From the NCBI GenBank assembly GCA_963557965.1, contig CAUWEX010000006.1:3-64002 (forward strand): DNA of 64,000 nucleotides, read 5' to 3'. This stretch comes from an uncultured Clostridia bacterium. GTDB taxonomy: Bacteria; Bacillota; Clostridia; TANB77; CAG-508. Below, piece after piece: positions 31,443 through 41,747 of this stretch; the first letter of the stretch is position 1, and each line of letters begins with the position of its first letter. The notes under the pieces are model-generated. The model was not told the DNA's origin and ran no database searches. It worked only from the letters and a program-made list of their open reading frames with translations. Position numbers and translations under genes: made by a program.

Positions 31443-31705
31443 AAAATACCCACTTTCATTTGTATGATAAGAATAGAAAATAGGGCAAACATAAAAAACA
31501 AATTCCCTAAATTTTCCAAAAACAATAACAATATATGATAAATAAATGCTAATGTCAAGTGCAATTTACAAAATTATCCAAAAAATAAAATGCAATGTAT
31601 GAATGCCATTACATAATGAAAAGAAACGTATCATTAAGAAAAACAAGTTCTATATTGAATGAAAAAGCATAAAGTTAATTATGAGAATAAGGTGGTGGAG
31701 TTAGC

Positions 31706-32509
31706 ATGACGAAAAAAAGCAAAATTATAATGATAGTTTTTTTAGTTATTACTATTATGATAATTACAATATTACAAAAAGCAGAAGAAAAAACCGTAAT
31801 TACATCAGCTAAGACAAATGATATTAAAAAAATAGAATGGGGAATAAAAAGAAATAGTAATCATGAACAACCTGATGTGGGAAATAAAAATAAAGAAGTT
31901 TTAGAAAGACTTAACGGAATATGTTTAGGAAGTAAGGAAAAGAAAAATATATATTTAACATTTGATGAAGGATATGAAGCAGGATATACTCCTAAAATAT
32001 TAGAAACACTTAAGAACAATAATGTAAAAGCAACTTTTTTTATAACCGCACATTTTGTAAATACTCAACCAGATTTAGTAAAACAGATAATAGAAGAAGG
32101 ACATATTGTAGGTAATCATACGGTAAATCATAAATCTATGCCATCATTATCAGATAAAGAAATAAGAAAAGAAGTTATGGAGTTGCATTCGGCTATATAT
32201 CAAAAGTTTGGTTATGACATGAAATATATAAGACCACCAAAAGGAGAATTTAGCGAAAAAAGTATAGAAAGTACAAATTCATTAGGATATAAAACAGTAA
32301 TGTGGTCTTTTGCATATGAAGATTGGAATGAGAATAAACAACCAAGTGAGGAAAAAGCAAAAGAAATTATTTTGAAAAATGTACATAATGGAGAAATTAT
32401 GTTATTACATGGAAATTCAAAAACTAATACAGATATTTTAGATAGTGTAATTAAAGAAATTCAGAAATTAGGGTATGAGTTTAAAAGTTTAGATGAATTT
32501 GAAAAATAA
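31706..32509 (+). CDS. pdaA: Polysaccharide deacetylase family sporulation protein (PdaA-like)
   Basis: IYLTFDEGYEAGYTPKILETLKNNNVKATFFITAHFV...EGHIVGNHTVNH...YIRPPKGEFS closely parallels B. subtilis PdaA as I remember it. Confidence 0.65.
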   Translation: MTKKSKIIMIVFLVITIMIITILQKAEEKTVITSAKTNDIKKIEWGIKRNSNHEQPDVGNKNKEVLERLNGICLGSKEKKNIYLTFDEGYEAGYTPKILETLKNNNVKATFFITAHFVNTQPDLVKQIIEEGHIVGNHTVNHKSMPSLSDKEIRKEVMELHSAIYQKFGYDMKYIRPPKGEFSEKSIESTNSLGYKTVMWSFAYEDWNENKQPSEEKAKEIILKNVHNGEIMLLHGNSKTNTDILDSVIKEIQKLGYEFKSLDEFEK

Positions 32510-32520
32510 AGGAGTTTATA

Positions 32521-32805
32521 ATGAAGAAAAAAAGAAATAATAGAATGAATAGATTATTGGAGTTTCCTGAAGAAGTATATTCTGACGTTCCTAAAATTAT
32601 AATAACAGGTTTTGAAGAACTAATAATCGAAAATTTTAAAGGTATATTAGAGTATGAAGAATTCTTAATAAGGATAAGTACATATATTGGGATAATAAAT
32701 ATAAATGGGTATAATTTAAATCTTGAAAATCTGACAAATGATGATATAAAAGTTACCGGAAAAATTGAAAATATAGAGATAGAAAGAACAATAGAGAAAG
32801 AGTAA
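32521..32805 (+). CDS. yqfC: Sporulation protein YqfC (YabP family)
   Basis: 94 aa. ...PKIIITGFEELIIENFKGILEYEE...DIKVTGKIENIEI. Immediately upstream of yqfD. Confidence 0.75.
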   Translation: MKKKRNNRMNRLLEFPEEVYSDVPKIIITGFEELIIENFKGILEYEEFLIRISTYIGIININGYNLNLENLTNDDIKVTGKIENIEIERTIEKE

Positions 32806-32813
32806 GGAGAATA

Positions 32814-34001
32814 ATGATGTTTTTTAAAATAATGCTTAGCTATATTGTAGGATATTTAACTGTATCTGTAGAGGGATATTATATAGAAAGATTTATAAAT
32901 ATATGTAAAAACCAAAAAGTTGTAATATGGAATTTAAAAAGGAAAAAAAATATTTTATTACTTCTAAATATAAGAACTAAAGATTTTAGAGAAATGTGTC
33001 AAATTGCTAAAAAGGTAAATTGTAAAGTTAAGATTTTAAACAAAAAAGGTTTACCTTTTTTAATGAACAAATATAAGAAAAGAAAAATATTTATAGTATT
33101 TTTATTAATAGTAGTAAATTGTATATGGATATCCTCAAGTTTTGTATGGAATGTGGATATTGTAGAAGAAAGTGGCAAAGAAATTAATAACCTTAGACAA
33201 GATTTAGAAAATGCAGGATTGAAATTTGGAGTGCCAAAATCAAAGATAAAAAGTAAAGAAATTATAAATCAGATACGTTTAAAAAGAAATGATATATCGT
33301 GGATAGGAATTGAATTAAAAGGAACGAATGCAATAGTAAAAGTAGCAAAAGCGGAAGAAAAGCCAGAGATAGTAGACAATAGTGAATATTGTAATGTGGT
33401 ATCAAATAAAACAGGAGTGATAACTAAAATAAATGTACAAAATGGAATGGCGAATGTAAAAAAAGGTGATATGATAAGGGAAGGTGATATCTTAATAAAC
33501 GGATGGATGGAAGGCAAATATACAGGGATTAGATATGTTCATGCAAAAGGCGAAATTGAAGCTAAAGTATGGCATACGAAAAGTAAAAAAATACCATATA
33601 CACTTACGCAAACAAGGCAAACGGGGAATGAAGAAAATAAATATGGAATAAAAATAAACAATTTTCAAATAAATTTTTCAAAAAAGTATTCAAAATTTAA
33701 AATTTATGATACAATAGAAACCGATAGTAAAATTAGAATATTTTCAAATTTTTATTTACCGATTTCGATTGTAAAAACAACATATAAAGAGACAGAACAA
33801 TATACTAAAAAATATACTCCAGAAGAAGCTATAAACCTAGGGGTAGAAGAACTTAAAAAGGAATTGGAACAGGAAATACAAGATAAAGAAAAAATTGTAA
33901 ATAAAAATGTAAATACCTATGAACATGAAAATGACGTGGAAGTTTATGTTACATATGAAGTATTGGAAAACATAGGTACAAATGAAAAAATAGTATTTTG
34001 A
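32814..34001 (+). CDS. yqfD: Sporulation protein YqfD (stage IV-type)
   Basis: 395 aa. N-terminal ...GYLTVSVEGYYIERFINIC..., central TM helix, ...GDILINGWMEGKYTGIRYVHAKGEIEAKVW. Confidence 0.8.
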   Translation: MMFFKIMLSYIVGYLTVSVEGYYIERFINICKNQKVVIWNLKRKKNILLLLNIRTKDFREMCQIAKKVNCKVKILNKKGLPFLMNKYKKRKIFIVFLLIVVNCIWISSSFVWNVDIVEESGKEINNLRQDLENAGLKFGVPKSKIKSKEIINQIRLKRNDISWIGIELKGTNAIVKVAKAEEKPEIVDNSEYCNVVSNKTGVITKINVQNGMANVKKGDMIREGDILINGWMEGKYTGIRYVHAKGEIEAKVWHTKSKKIPYTLTQTRQTGNEENKYGIKINNFQINFSKKYSKFKIYDTIETDSKIRIFSNFYLPISIVKTTYKETEQYTKKYTPEEAINLGVEELKKELEQEIQDKEKIVNKNVNTYEHENDVEVYVTYEVLENIGTNEKIVF

Positions 34002-34005
34002 AGGG

Positions 34006-35226
34006 ATGATAAAAATGGAAGAAAAAAGCCTTAGGATAGTTGGAACAGATACAAGTTTTTTAAATAAAATAACAAATACATTAACAAAAATATTAATACC
34101 TACAAAAATAGGGATTAATGGAATGTTAATTTCTATAAAAAGAAAAAGTCTTATAAAAGCATTTGATAATTACATGGGAGAAAGTGATGAATACGACAAA
34201 GAAGAATTAGAAAAAAAATATAATACAGCATATGAATTATATTTAGATGCTTTAGATAAATATGTAATGGATTCAATATATAAAAAAGTAAAAAATAATA
34301 CGGCATCGGAATTCGAACAAAGTGCAATGGCAAAATACTATGAAGTTACGAGCTTAAAAGAGAGTGAGTTTATAGAGTACAAATCAAGAAAACAAAAATA
34401 TTTATTAGAATTAGACTATGAAGAAATAAAAATAAGTGGAAAAGAAAAAGTTATTGAAAAATATAATAAATTTTATATTTCAAAAATGGATAGCTTATAT
34501 AAAGCAATATTAAAAAATTATTCTATAAAAGTGGCAGATACGACTAATATTTACGATGCAGCAAAAGAATGGATTTATGTAAAAATATTTAATACATTAG
34601 AGGATTATATTCAAAATATATTGCCATTAAAAATGCAATATAATATAAATGATAAAAGCCTGCAAGATGTATTATCTGAATATGAAAAATATGAAACATA
34701 CACAGTTGGAAAATTAGATATAAGAGATAATATTGAAAAAAATATGGTATTATTAGGAATAAGTAGAAAACTATTTACACATAGTTTGCCATTAATAGTT
34801 GCAGAACAATGTTATGAAAAGCTATTAAAAGATGCTAGAACATTAGTACAAGATACAAAAATGGCGGCTAAGAGGGAAAGAGCTTATTCGATGTTAATTA
34901 ATTTAATAGAAGATTATAATATAAAATTATTATCTACAAAAGTATATTGGGAAAGACCAAAAGATAGAGAAGAATACAAAAGTTTTTGGAGTAAATATAA
35001 GGAAATATCAAAATTAAAAGAAACAGATTTCATCGAATATGTAAAACAAAAAGAGATTTTATTTATAAAAGATGATATGAAAAAATTAGGAAAAGAAAAA
35101 TTAGACTATAGTAAAATAATGAAATATTATAAGAGAAAATTAATTGACTATGGAGCTATGAAAGAATTAAAAAATTCTTATACATCTAATGGTCATTATA
35201 TAAAAAAAGTTAAGGAAGCTGCATAA
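34006..35226 (+). CDS. Hypothetical all-helical protein with an internal duplication
   Basis: 406 aa. YEVTSLKESEFIEYKSRKQKY... recurs as YKEISKLKETDFIEYVKQKEI... No family recognised. Confidence 0.5.
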   Translation: MIKMEEKSLRIVGTDTSFLNKITNTLTKILIPTKIGINGMLISIKRKSLIKAFDNYMGESDEYDKEELEKKYNTAYELYLDALDKYVMDSIYKKVKNNTASEFEQSAMAKYYEVTSLKESEFIEYKSRKQKYLLELDYEEIKISGKEKVIEKYNKFYISKMDSLYKAILKNYSIKVADTTNIYDAAKEWIYVKIFNTLEDYIQNILPLKMQYNINDKSLQDVLSEYEKYETYTVGKLDIRDNIEKNMVLLGISRKLFTHSLPLIVAEQCYEKLLKDARTLVQDTKMAAKRERAYSMLINLIEDYNIKLLSTKVYWERPKDREEYKSFWSKYKEISKLKETDFIEYVKQKEILFIKDDMKKLGKEKLDYSKIMKYYKRKLIDYGAMKELKNSYTSNGHYIKKVKEAA

Positions 35227-35227
35227 A

Positions 35228-35701
35228 ATGTATGAAATTATATACAAAGATATAGAAGAAAATCAAGAATATGAAAGTACAATAAAAAAAGTTGTGGAAA
35301 AATGTTTTGAAGAAGAAGGACTAAATAACACTAAATTGTGTCTGACAATAACATTAACAAATCCAGAAAATATTAGAGAAATAAATAATTTATATAGAAA
35401 TATAGATAAAGAGACTGATGTATTATCATTTCCTATGTTTGAAAGAGATGAGTTGAATGAAAAAATTGCAAAAAATGATTTTGAGCATGAAGATATATTA
35501 GGAGATATTGTTGTTTCAATAGACAGAGTTAAAGAACAGGCAATAGAATATGGACACAGCTTTGAAAGAGAGTTAAGCTACATGATAGTTCATGGATTTT
35601 ACCATGTGATGGGTTATGACCATATAAAAGAAGAGGACAAGAAGATAATGAGACCCAAAGAAGAAAAAATTTTAAATGAACTAAAAATTGTTAGAAGATA
35701 G
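35228..35701 (+). CDS. ybeY: Endoribonuclease YbeY (rRNA maturation)
   Basis: ...LSYMIVHGFYHVMGYDH zinc-binding motif. 157 aa. Confidence 0.9.
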   Translation: MYEIIYKDIEENQEYESTIKKVVEKCFEEEGLNNTKLCLTITLTNPENIREINNLYRNIDKETDVLSFPMFERDELNEKIAKNDFEHEDILGDIVVSIDRVKEQAIEYGHSFERELSYMIVHGFYHVMGYDHIKEEDKKIMRPKEEKILNELKIVRR

Positions 35702-35711
35702 GAGAAATGCT

Positions 35712-36806
35712 ATGAAAGAAAAAGGTGGAATCAAAGTTCTTATTGCAATATTAGTGGTGCTAGTTATTGCGGCGGGGGCAGTATTAGCATATAAGATTAC
35801 AAAAAATAAAGATGGAGAGCAAGTATCAGCACAAGGAAATAATGTATTAGTGGGGGAAGCAAAAGAGGCTAAAAAAGTTCAAATATTTAAAGGAAATGAT
35901 AGACCAATAGCTGTAATGATAGATAACCATAAGGATGCGTGGCCACAAGCGGGATTGCAAAAAGCATATATGGTTTATGAAATTGTTGTTGAAGGTGGAG
36001 AAACTAGACTAATGGCGTTATTTAAAGGTGCAGATGTAGAAAAGATAGGTCCAGTTAGAAGTGCAAGACATTATTTTATAGATTATGCGATGGAAAATGA
36101 TGCAATGTATGTTCATTTTGGACAAAGTCCACAAGCGCAAAGTGATATAAAAAAATTTAGTATAAATGATATAAATGGTATTGCTGAAGACGGAAGTACA
36201 TTTTGGAGAGTAAAAGGAGAAAATAAAGTACATTATGCTCCACACAATGCAGTAACAAGTACTGAAAAATTATTAAAATCAGCTAAAAGTAAGAAATTTA
36301 GAACGACCTCAAAAGAAAAGAGTGTATTAAATTATGTTACAGATGAAGTGAATTTGGAAGAAGGCCAAAGCGCTGAAACAATAACAATTCCTCATTCAAA
36401 TTTACAAACAGTTAAATATGTATATGATAGTGAAAATAAAGTGTATAAAAGGTTTGCGAGAGGAGTACAGCAACAAGACTGGGATACTAAAGAAGATGTT
36501 ACTACGAAAAATATAATAATAACATTTTGCGACAATTATACTTTAAATGATGCAGAAAATAAAGGAAGACAAGGGCTAAAAAATATAGGAACATTTGATG
36601 GATATTATATAACAAATGGAAAAGCGATAAAAATAAAATGCACAAAATCTGCAAGAGATGAAAAAACAGAGTATAAAGATTTACAAGGAAATGTAATAAA
36701 AGTAAATGATGGAAACACATTTGTAAATATATGTCCAATAAATGCAAAAGTAAATATTGAAGGAAATGAAATAGAAGAAACAACAGGAGAAGCAGAAAAC
36801 GCTTAG
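35712..36806 (+). CDS. DUF3048-domain protein (YerB-like), membrane-anchored
   Basis: ATG 35712 (MKEKGGIKVLIAILVVLVIAAGAV). PIAVMIDNHKDAWPQAGLQKAYMVYEIVVEGGETRLMALF is characteristic of the family. Confidence 0.7.
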   Translation: MKEKGGIKVLIAILVVLVIAAGAVLAYKITKNKDGEQVSAQGNNVLVGEAKEAKKVQIFKGNDRPIAVMIDNHKDAWPQAGLQKAYMVYEIVVEGGETRLMALFKGADVEKIGPVRSARHYFIDYAMENDAMYVHFGQSPQAQSDIKKFSINDINGIAEDGSTFWRVKGENKVHYAPHNAVTSTEKLLKSAKSKKFRTTSKEKSVLNYVTDEVNLEEGQSAETITIPHSNLQTVKYVYDSENKVYKRFARGVQQQDWDTKEDVTTKNIIITFCDNYTLNDAENKGRQGLKNIGTFDGYYITNGKAIKIKCTKSARDEKTEYKDLQGNVIKVNDGNTFVNICPINAKVNIEGNEIEETTGEAENA

Positions 36807-36841
36807 TTATAAATTTAAAAATTATTTTACAGGAGGAAACG

Positions 36842-37177
36842 ATGAACGTATATGATACAGCCAACAGACTAGCAGCTGAAATAAAGCAGTCAGAAGAATA
36901 TGTTAATTATAAAATGGCAAAGCAAGCATTAAGCTTAAACACAACATTAAAAGGGAAAATAGATGATTTTGAAAAATTAAGATATGAATTACAATTAGAA
37001 ATTATGCAAACAGGAAAAAATAATGAAGAAAAAAACGCTAAACTACAAGAAACATATGCAGAATTAATAGAAAATTTGGATGCACAAAGATATTTTGAAG
37101 CGGAAACAAAATTTAATATATTAATAGCAGATGTCAATAAAATTATAGGTGAATCTATAAGAGATGTAATGCAATAG
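36842..37177 (+). CDS. YlbF/YmcA family regulatory protein
   Basis: MNVYDTANRLAAEIKQSEEYVNYKMAKQAL... 111 aa, helical. Confidence 0.65.
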   Translation: MNVYDTANRLAAEIKQSEEYVNYKMAKQALSLNTTLKGKIDDFEKLRYELQLEIMQTGKNNEEKNAKLQETYAELIENLDAQRYFEAETKFNILIADVNKIIGESIRDVMQ

Positions 37178-37185
37178 GAGAAAAT

Positions 37186-37875
37186 ATGGAATTTATAATA
37201 ATTACAATTGTAATATTAATAATATCTACAATTTTAGGGATGATTTTTAGCTATAATCTAAAGAAGATAAAACATATTGCCGATGATGGAGAACTTGATG
37301 AAATTGCTAAAAAACTTCCTTCTAATAAAGAAATATGTAAAAGCTATTTAAAGATACTAAAAAATGATAAAACTAAAATAGAAGAATGTGAAAATAATCA
37401 AGCGAGTTTATATATCGCATTAACAGATAAAATATTAATTGCTGATATAAAGAATACATATACAAGAGTGCAGACGTTAGCGCATGAATGTCTGCACTCT
37501 GTGCAAGATAAAAGAATTGTAAATTTTAATTTTATCTATTCAAATATATATCTTATATGTTATTTAGTAATGCTTGTATTAACCATTTTTAAAGTATTGC
37601 CATATAAAATGATGTTTTTTGCTATATTTTTAGTGTTAAGTTTAGTGTATTACATGGTAAGAATGTACTTAGAAAATGATGCAATGATAAAAGCTAGATA
37701 TTTAGCTAAAGAATATTTACAAGAACGAACAGAGGTTACAAAAGAAGAAACTGAGAAATTAGTAAATGGTTTTGACAAAATTAATTTACTTGGAATGAAA
37801 GCTATTCATTATCAAATGTTTTTTAATATCATAGTAAAAGCATTGATATTTTTAATAATTTGTATAATGAGATAA
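37186..37875 (+). CDS. Membrane protein with an HExxH motif (putative zinc metallopeptidase)
   Basis: N-terminal TM helix. LAHECLHSVQD. Two or three C-terminal TM helices. Confidence 0.45.
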   Translation: MEFIIITIVILIISTILGMIFSYNLKKIKHIADDGELDEIAKKLPSNKEICKSYLKILKNDKTKIEECENNQASLYIALTDKILIADIKNTYTRVQTLAHECLHSVQDKRIVNFNFIYSNIYLICYLVMLVLTIFKVLPYKMMFFAIFLVLSLVYYMVRMYLENDAMIKARYLAKEYLQERTEVTKEETEKLVNGFDKINLLGMKAIHYQMFFNIIVKALIFLIICIMR

Positions 37876-37963
37876 AGACTGTAAAAATATAAAGATTTTA
37901 TGGTCTTTTTTTACATTAAATATAAAAAAGAAGGCTCTTTATTACAAGAGCCTTTTGAAAAGT

Positions 37964-38515
37964 TTAATTATCTATATCTTCTAATAATAAATTTAATATT
38001 TTAGGGTATATAGAATTGGCATTTTTGTTCCAATTATCTACTATCTTTTTAGCTCTATCTCTAGAACCGACAAAAGATTTTACTTCAAATATTGTTTCAT
38101 TATTCTCTACGATTTTACATTTTACAGTATAGGAATTTTCGTTTTTAGGAATAAATTCAGCAATTATTGATGCTTCATTTTCGATAGAAGTAAATTCTTT
38201 TTGAAAAATATTATCTGCCTTTAATTTTAAAATTCCTGGTAAAACGTCTTTAGTAAGAATATATGCGTTTTTCCCTTCAGAAGTAATTTTTATTACTGGT
38301 TCGTCTTTGGTATAAGTACCTACTAATTTGGAATCAATTAAATCAGTTAAAATTTGCTTGAAAAAGAAATAATTAATATCATTAATTGAAGTTATAATTT
38401 TAAATAAGTCATCTTGCCTAATATCATTATCAATTAAAGTTAAAATGTATAAAATTAAAACCTTATTTTCTGCCAAAGTAGTAGCATTGTTTGAATCAGA
38501 ACCCATACATAGCAC
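37964..38515 (-). CDS. DUF4364 family protein
   Basis: ...NKVLILYILTLIDNDI...YFFFKQILTDLIDSKLV...KITSEGKNAYIL pattern. Confidence 0.55.
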   Translation of the reverse strand: MLCMGSDSNNATTLAENKVLILYILTLIDNDIRQDDLFKIITSINDINYFFFKQILTDLIDSKLVGTYTKDEPVIKITSEGKNAYILTKDVLPGILKLKADNIFQKEFTSIENEASIIAEFIPKNENSYTVKCKIVENNETIFEVKSFVGSRDRAKKIVDNWNKNANSIYPKILNLLLEDIDN

Positions 38516-38662
38516 TCCTTACTTTGTTTTCTTTTTGGAAATTATATCATAATTACTAAAAAAAGTAAAATAAATTTCAAAAAAACTTTCAAAACTAAAA
38601 AAAAGATGATATAATATATCCGCAAAAAATAAGACTACATTAAATAAAGGGAGTTGATAATA

Positions 38663-39619
38663 ATGAAAAAAGGAAAAGTAGTTTTAGTAGGAACAGGATT
38701 TGTAGGAATGAGTATGGCATATTCAATGCTAAACCAAGGAGGAGTAAACGAATTAGTTTTAATTGATATTGATAAAGACAAAACTAAAGGTGAAGAAATG
38801 GATATGGCACATGGACTTCCATATGCACCACAAAAAATGGTTATAAAAGCTGGAGATTATGATGAATGTAAAGATGCACAAGTTGTAGTAATTACAGCAG
38901 GAATAGCACAAAAACCAGGACAAACAAGACTAGAACTTTCTGAAGTAAATACAAAAATAATGAAGCAAATTACAGAAAGTATAATGGCAAGTGGTTTTGA
39001 TGGTATAATAGTAGTAGCAAGTAATCCGGTAGACTTAATGACATATGTGGTTGCAGAAGTTTCAGGATTACCTAAATCAAGAGTAATTGGTTCAGGAACT
39101 GTACTAGATACAGCAAGGCTTCGTTATTTATTAGCAGATTACCTAAAAATATCAAGTAAAAATATTCATGCATATATAATGGGAGAGCATGGAGATTCTT
39201 CATTCGTTCCTTGGGAACATGCATATGTAGGATGTAAAAAAATATCAGACGTAATGAAAGACAACAAACATCCTATGTCAAAATTAGACGAAATTCATAA
39301 AGGAGTTATAAATGCTGCATATGAAATAATAGAAAAGAAAAAAGCAACATATTATGGAATAGGAATGGCATTAAATCGTCTAGTTAAAGCAATATTAAAT
39401 AATGAGAACTCAATATTGACAGTATCAACATATTTAAAAGATGGAGAATATGGACAAGACGATATTTATATTGGAGTTCCAGCTATAATAAATAGCAAAG
39501 GTGTTCGTGAGTTAGTTTCTTTAGAATTAAATGAAGAAGAACAAGCGAAACTAAATCATAGTTGTGATGTTATCAAAGATATGAGAAAACAATCAATTGA
39601 CAAAATTATAAAAGGGTAG
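38663..39619 (+). CDS. ldh: L-lactate dehydrogenase
   Basis: KVVLVGTGFVGMSMAYS (NAD fold), ...ITAGIAQKPGQTRLEL..., ...IMGEHGDSSFVPW. Confidence 0.9.
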   Translation: MKKGKVVLVGTGFVGMSMAYSMLNQGGVNELVLIDIDKDKTKGEEMDMAHGLPYAPQKMVIKAGDYDECKDAQVVVITAGIAQKPGQTRLELSEVNTKIMKQITESIMASGFDGIIVVASNPVDLMTYVVAEVSGLPKSRVIGSGTVLDTARLRYLLADYLKISSKNIHAYIMGEHGDSSFVPWEHAYVGCKKISDVMKDNKHPMSKLDEIHKGVINAAYEIIEKKKATYYGIGMALNRLVKAILNNENSILTVSTYLKDGEYGQDDIYIGVPAIINSKGVRELVSLELNEEEQAKLNHSCDVIKDMRKQSIDKIIKG

Positions 39620-39648
39620 TGATTGATTAGTTTTTATCAATTATAAGT

Positions 39649-39690
39649 ACAAATAAAACTCGAATAGCTATATTCGAGTTTTATTTGTAT
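39649..39690 (+). terminator. Rho-independent terminator after ldh
   Basis: ACAAATAAAACTCGAATA-gcta-TATTCGAGTTTTATTTGT. Confidence 0.8.
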
Positions 39691-39758
39691 AAAAGTATGA
39701 ATAACAAAAAATATAAATACTATTTTATAATACATTTTGAGAAAATGTGTTAAAACTG

Positions 39759-39787
39759 TTGACTTTAGTGGAAAAGAATTGTATAAT
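39759..39787 (+). promoter_or_regulatory. Sigma-A promoter of the ribosomal protein cluster (TTGACT-17-TATAAT)
   Basis: TTGACT 39759-39764, 17-nt spacer, TATAAT 39782-39787. Confidence 0.6.
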
Positions 39788-39918
39788 ATATAAGCATGAA
39801 TTAAGCGATGAAGCTAAATGTGGCTACATTCCAACAATTAAGTAGGAGTGGAGGGAACTTTAGTGGAGTATGTCATGGCAAAGACCAGGCGGTAAGTTAT
39901 TTTAATAAAAAGCACTTA

Positions 39919-39951
39919 TCCCAAGATTATCATGCATATTTTGGGTTTTTA
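39919..39951 (+). terminator. Terminator-like hairpin with U-run inside the rpsJ leader (possible attenuator)
   Basis: CCCAA...TTGGG followed by TTTTT, about 120 nt upstream of the rpsJ start. Confidence 0.35.
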
Positions 39952-40070
39952 TATAGGTGAAATTGAAAACACCAGAGTGCGTTTTAACTTGCCACGGTAA
40001 TTTTGATAGCAAACTTGGCTATCTCCGGCAAAAGCCGAAAAGAAAAAACTAAAAAGGAGGGAAAATTACA

Positions 40071-40391
40071 ATGGCAAACTTAGCAACAAGTGAAAAAATT
40101 AGAATAAGACTTAAAGCATATGACCATGTAGTTTTAGATCAGTCTGCTGAAAAAATAGTAGATACTGCTAAAAAAACAGGAGCAAAGGTTTCAGGTCCTA
40201 TTCCATTACCAACACAAAAAGAAATCGTAACAATTTTACGTTCTCCACACAAATACAAAGATTCAAGAGAACAATTTGAAATGAGAACACATAAAAGAGT
40301 AATCGATATTCTTTATCCAACACAAAAAACAGTAGATAGCTTAATGAAATTAGAGCTACCAGCTGGTGTTGACATCGAAATAAAATTATAA
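40071..40391 (+). CDS. rpsJ: 30S ribosomal protein S10 (uS10)
   Basis: [21 protein letters not shown]... First gene of the cluster. Confidence 0.95.
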   Translation: MANLATSEKIRIRLKAYDHVVLDQSAEKIVDTAKKTGAKVSGPIPLPTQKEIVTILRSPHKYKDSREQFEMRTHKRVIDILYPTQKTVDSLMKLELPAGVDIEIKL

Positions 40392-40467
40392 TTACAACTT
40401 TTAAAACAAACCAAGCTGATACATTATATGAAAATTATCAGCCAATAGTTAGGAGGAAAACAAAAAA

Positions 40468-41103
40468 ATGAAAAAAGGAATTATAGGAAAAAAAGTTGGT
40501 ATGACACAAATCTTTGACGAAAAAGGAAATGTTATACCAGTAACAGCTATAGAAACAGAAGGAAACATTGTAGCTCAAGTAAAAACAATAGAAACAGACG
40601 GATACCAAAGTATTCAATTAGGATATGGAGAAATAAAAGACAAACATATCAACAAACCAAGAGCAGGACATTTTGCAAAAGCAAAATTACCTAATAGAAA
40701 ACATTTAAGAGAATTTAGACTAGACTCAGTTGAAAACTATAAAGTTGGAGACGAAGTAAAGGTAGATATCTTTGAAGTTGGAGAAAAAGTAGATGTTCAA
40801 GGAACTTCAAAAGGTAAAGGATTCCAAGGTGTTATTAAAAGACATGGACAACACAGAGGGCCTATGAGCCATGGTTCTATGTATCATAGAAGACCAGGTT
40901 CAATGGGTGCAACATCAACACCAGGTAGAGTTTTCAAAGGTAAAAAACTACCAGGACATATGGGTAGAGTAACAGTAACAATACAAAACTTAGAAATAGT
41001 TAAAGTTGATACAGACAAAAATGTACTATTAGTAAAAGGTAGTGTTCCGGGACCAAAAGGAGCTATACTAAAAGTAAAATCAACTGTAAAAGCTAGTAAG
41101 TAG
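40468..41103 (+). CDS. rplC: 50S ribosomal protein L3
   Basis: [23 protein letters not shown]... Canonical order. Confidence 0.95.
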   Translation: MKKGIIGKKVGMTQIFDEKGNVIPVTAIETEGNIVAQVKTIETDGYQSIQLGYGEIKDKHINKPRAGHFAKAKLPNRKHLREFRLDSVENYKVGDEVKVDIFEVGEKVDVQGTSKGKGFQGVIKRHGQHRGPMSHGSMYHRRPGSMGATSTPGRVFKGKKLPGHMGRVTVTIQNLEIVKVDTDKNVLLVKGSVPGPKGAILKVKSTVKASK

Positions 41104-41123
41104 AAAGGAAGGAGGAATACGAA

Positions 41124-41747
41124 ATGCCAAAAGTAGACGTATATGATTTAAACGGTAAAAAAGTAAGTGATATAGAATTAGCTGAAAACGTATTTGGTAT
41201 AGAACCAAATGAAGCTATTGTCCACAGTGTGCTAAAAAACTATTTAGCTAATCAAAGACAAGGTACACAAAGCACAAAAACAAGATCAGAAGTTTCTGGT
41301 GGTGGTAAAAAACCATGGAGACAAAAAGGAACAGGTAGAGCAAGACAAGGTTCTACAAGAGCACCACAATGGATAAAAGGTGGTATAGCTTTAGGACCAA
41401 AACCACGTTCATACAGATATACTGTAAACAAAAAAGAAAGAAGACTTGCTATTAGATCTGTATTAAGTTCTAAAGTATTAGAAAAAGAATTAACAGTATT
41501 AGATAAAATAGAATTAAAAGAAATTAAAACAAAATCAATGGTAAAAGCTTTAGCAGCATTAAAATTAGAAGGAAAAACATTAATAGTTCTTCCAGAAAAC
41601 GATAAAAACGTTGTTATGTCAGCAAGAAACATTGAAGGAGTAAAAACAATTTCTGCAAACAATATAAATGTATTTGATTTATTAAAATACAGCAACCTAG
41701 TTTTACCAGTAGATACTGTTAAAAAATTAGAGGAGGTGTACGCATAA
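41124..41747 (+). CDS. rplD: 50S ribosomal protein L4
   Basis: ...SGGGKKPWRQKGTGRARQGS... Confidence 0.95.
   Translation: MPKVDVYDLNGKKVSDIELAENVFGIEPNEAIVHSVLKNYLANQRQGTQSTKTRSEVSGGGKKPWRQKGTGRARQGSTRAPQWIKGGIALGPKPRSYRYTVNKKERRLAIRSVLSSKVLEKELTVLDKIELKEIKTKSMVKALAALKLEGKTLIVLPENDKNVVMSARNIEGVKTISANNINVFDLLKYSNLVLPVDTVKKLEEVYA

Noticed and set aside
39788-40070. The rpsJ leader as a T-box or known riboswitch
   Set aside because: There is no T-box consensus (AGGGTGGTACCGCG-like) and no recognisable riboswitch core. It is reported only as a generic attenuator candidate.
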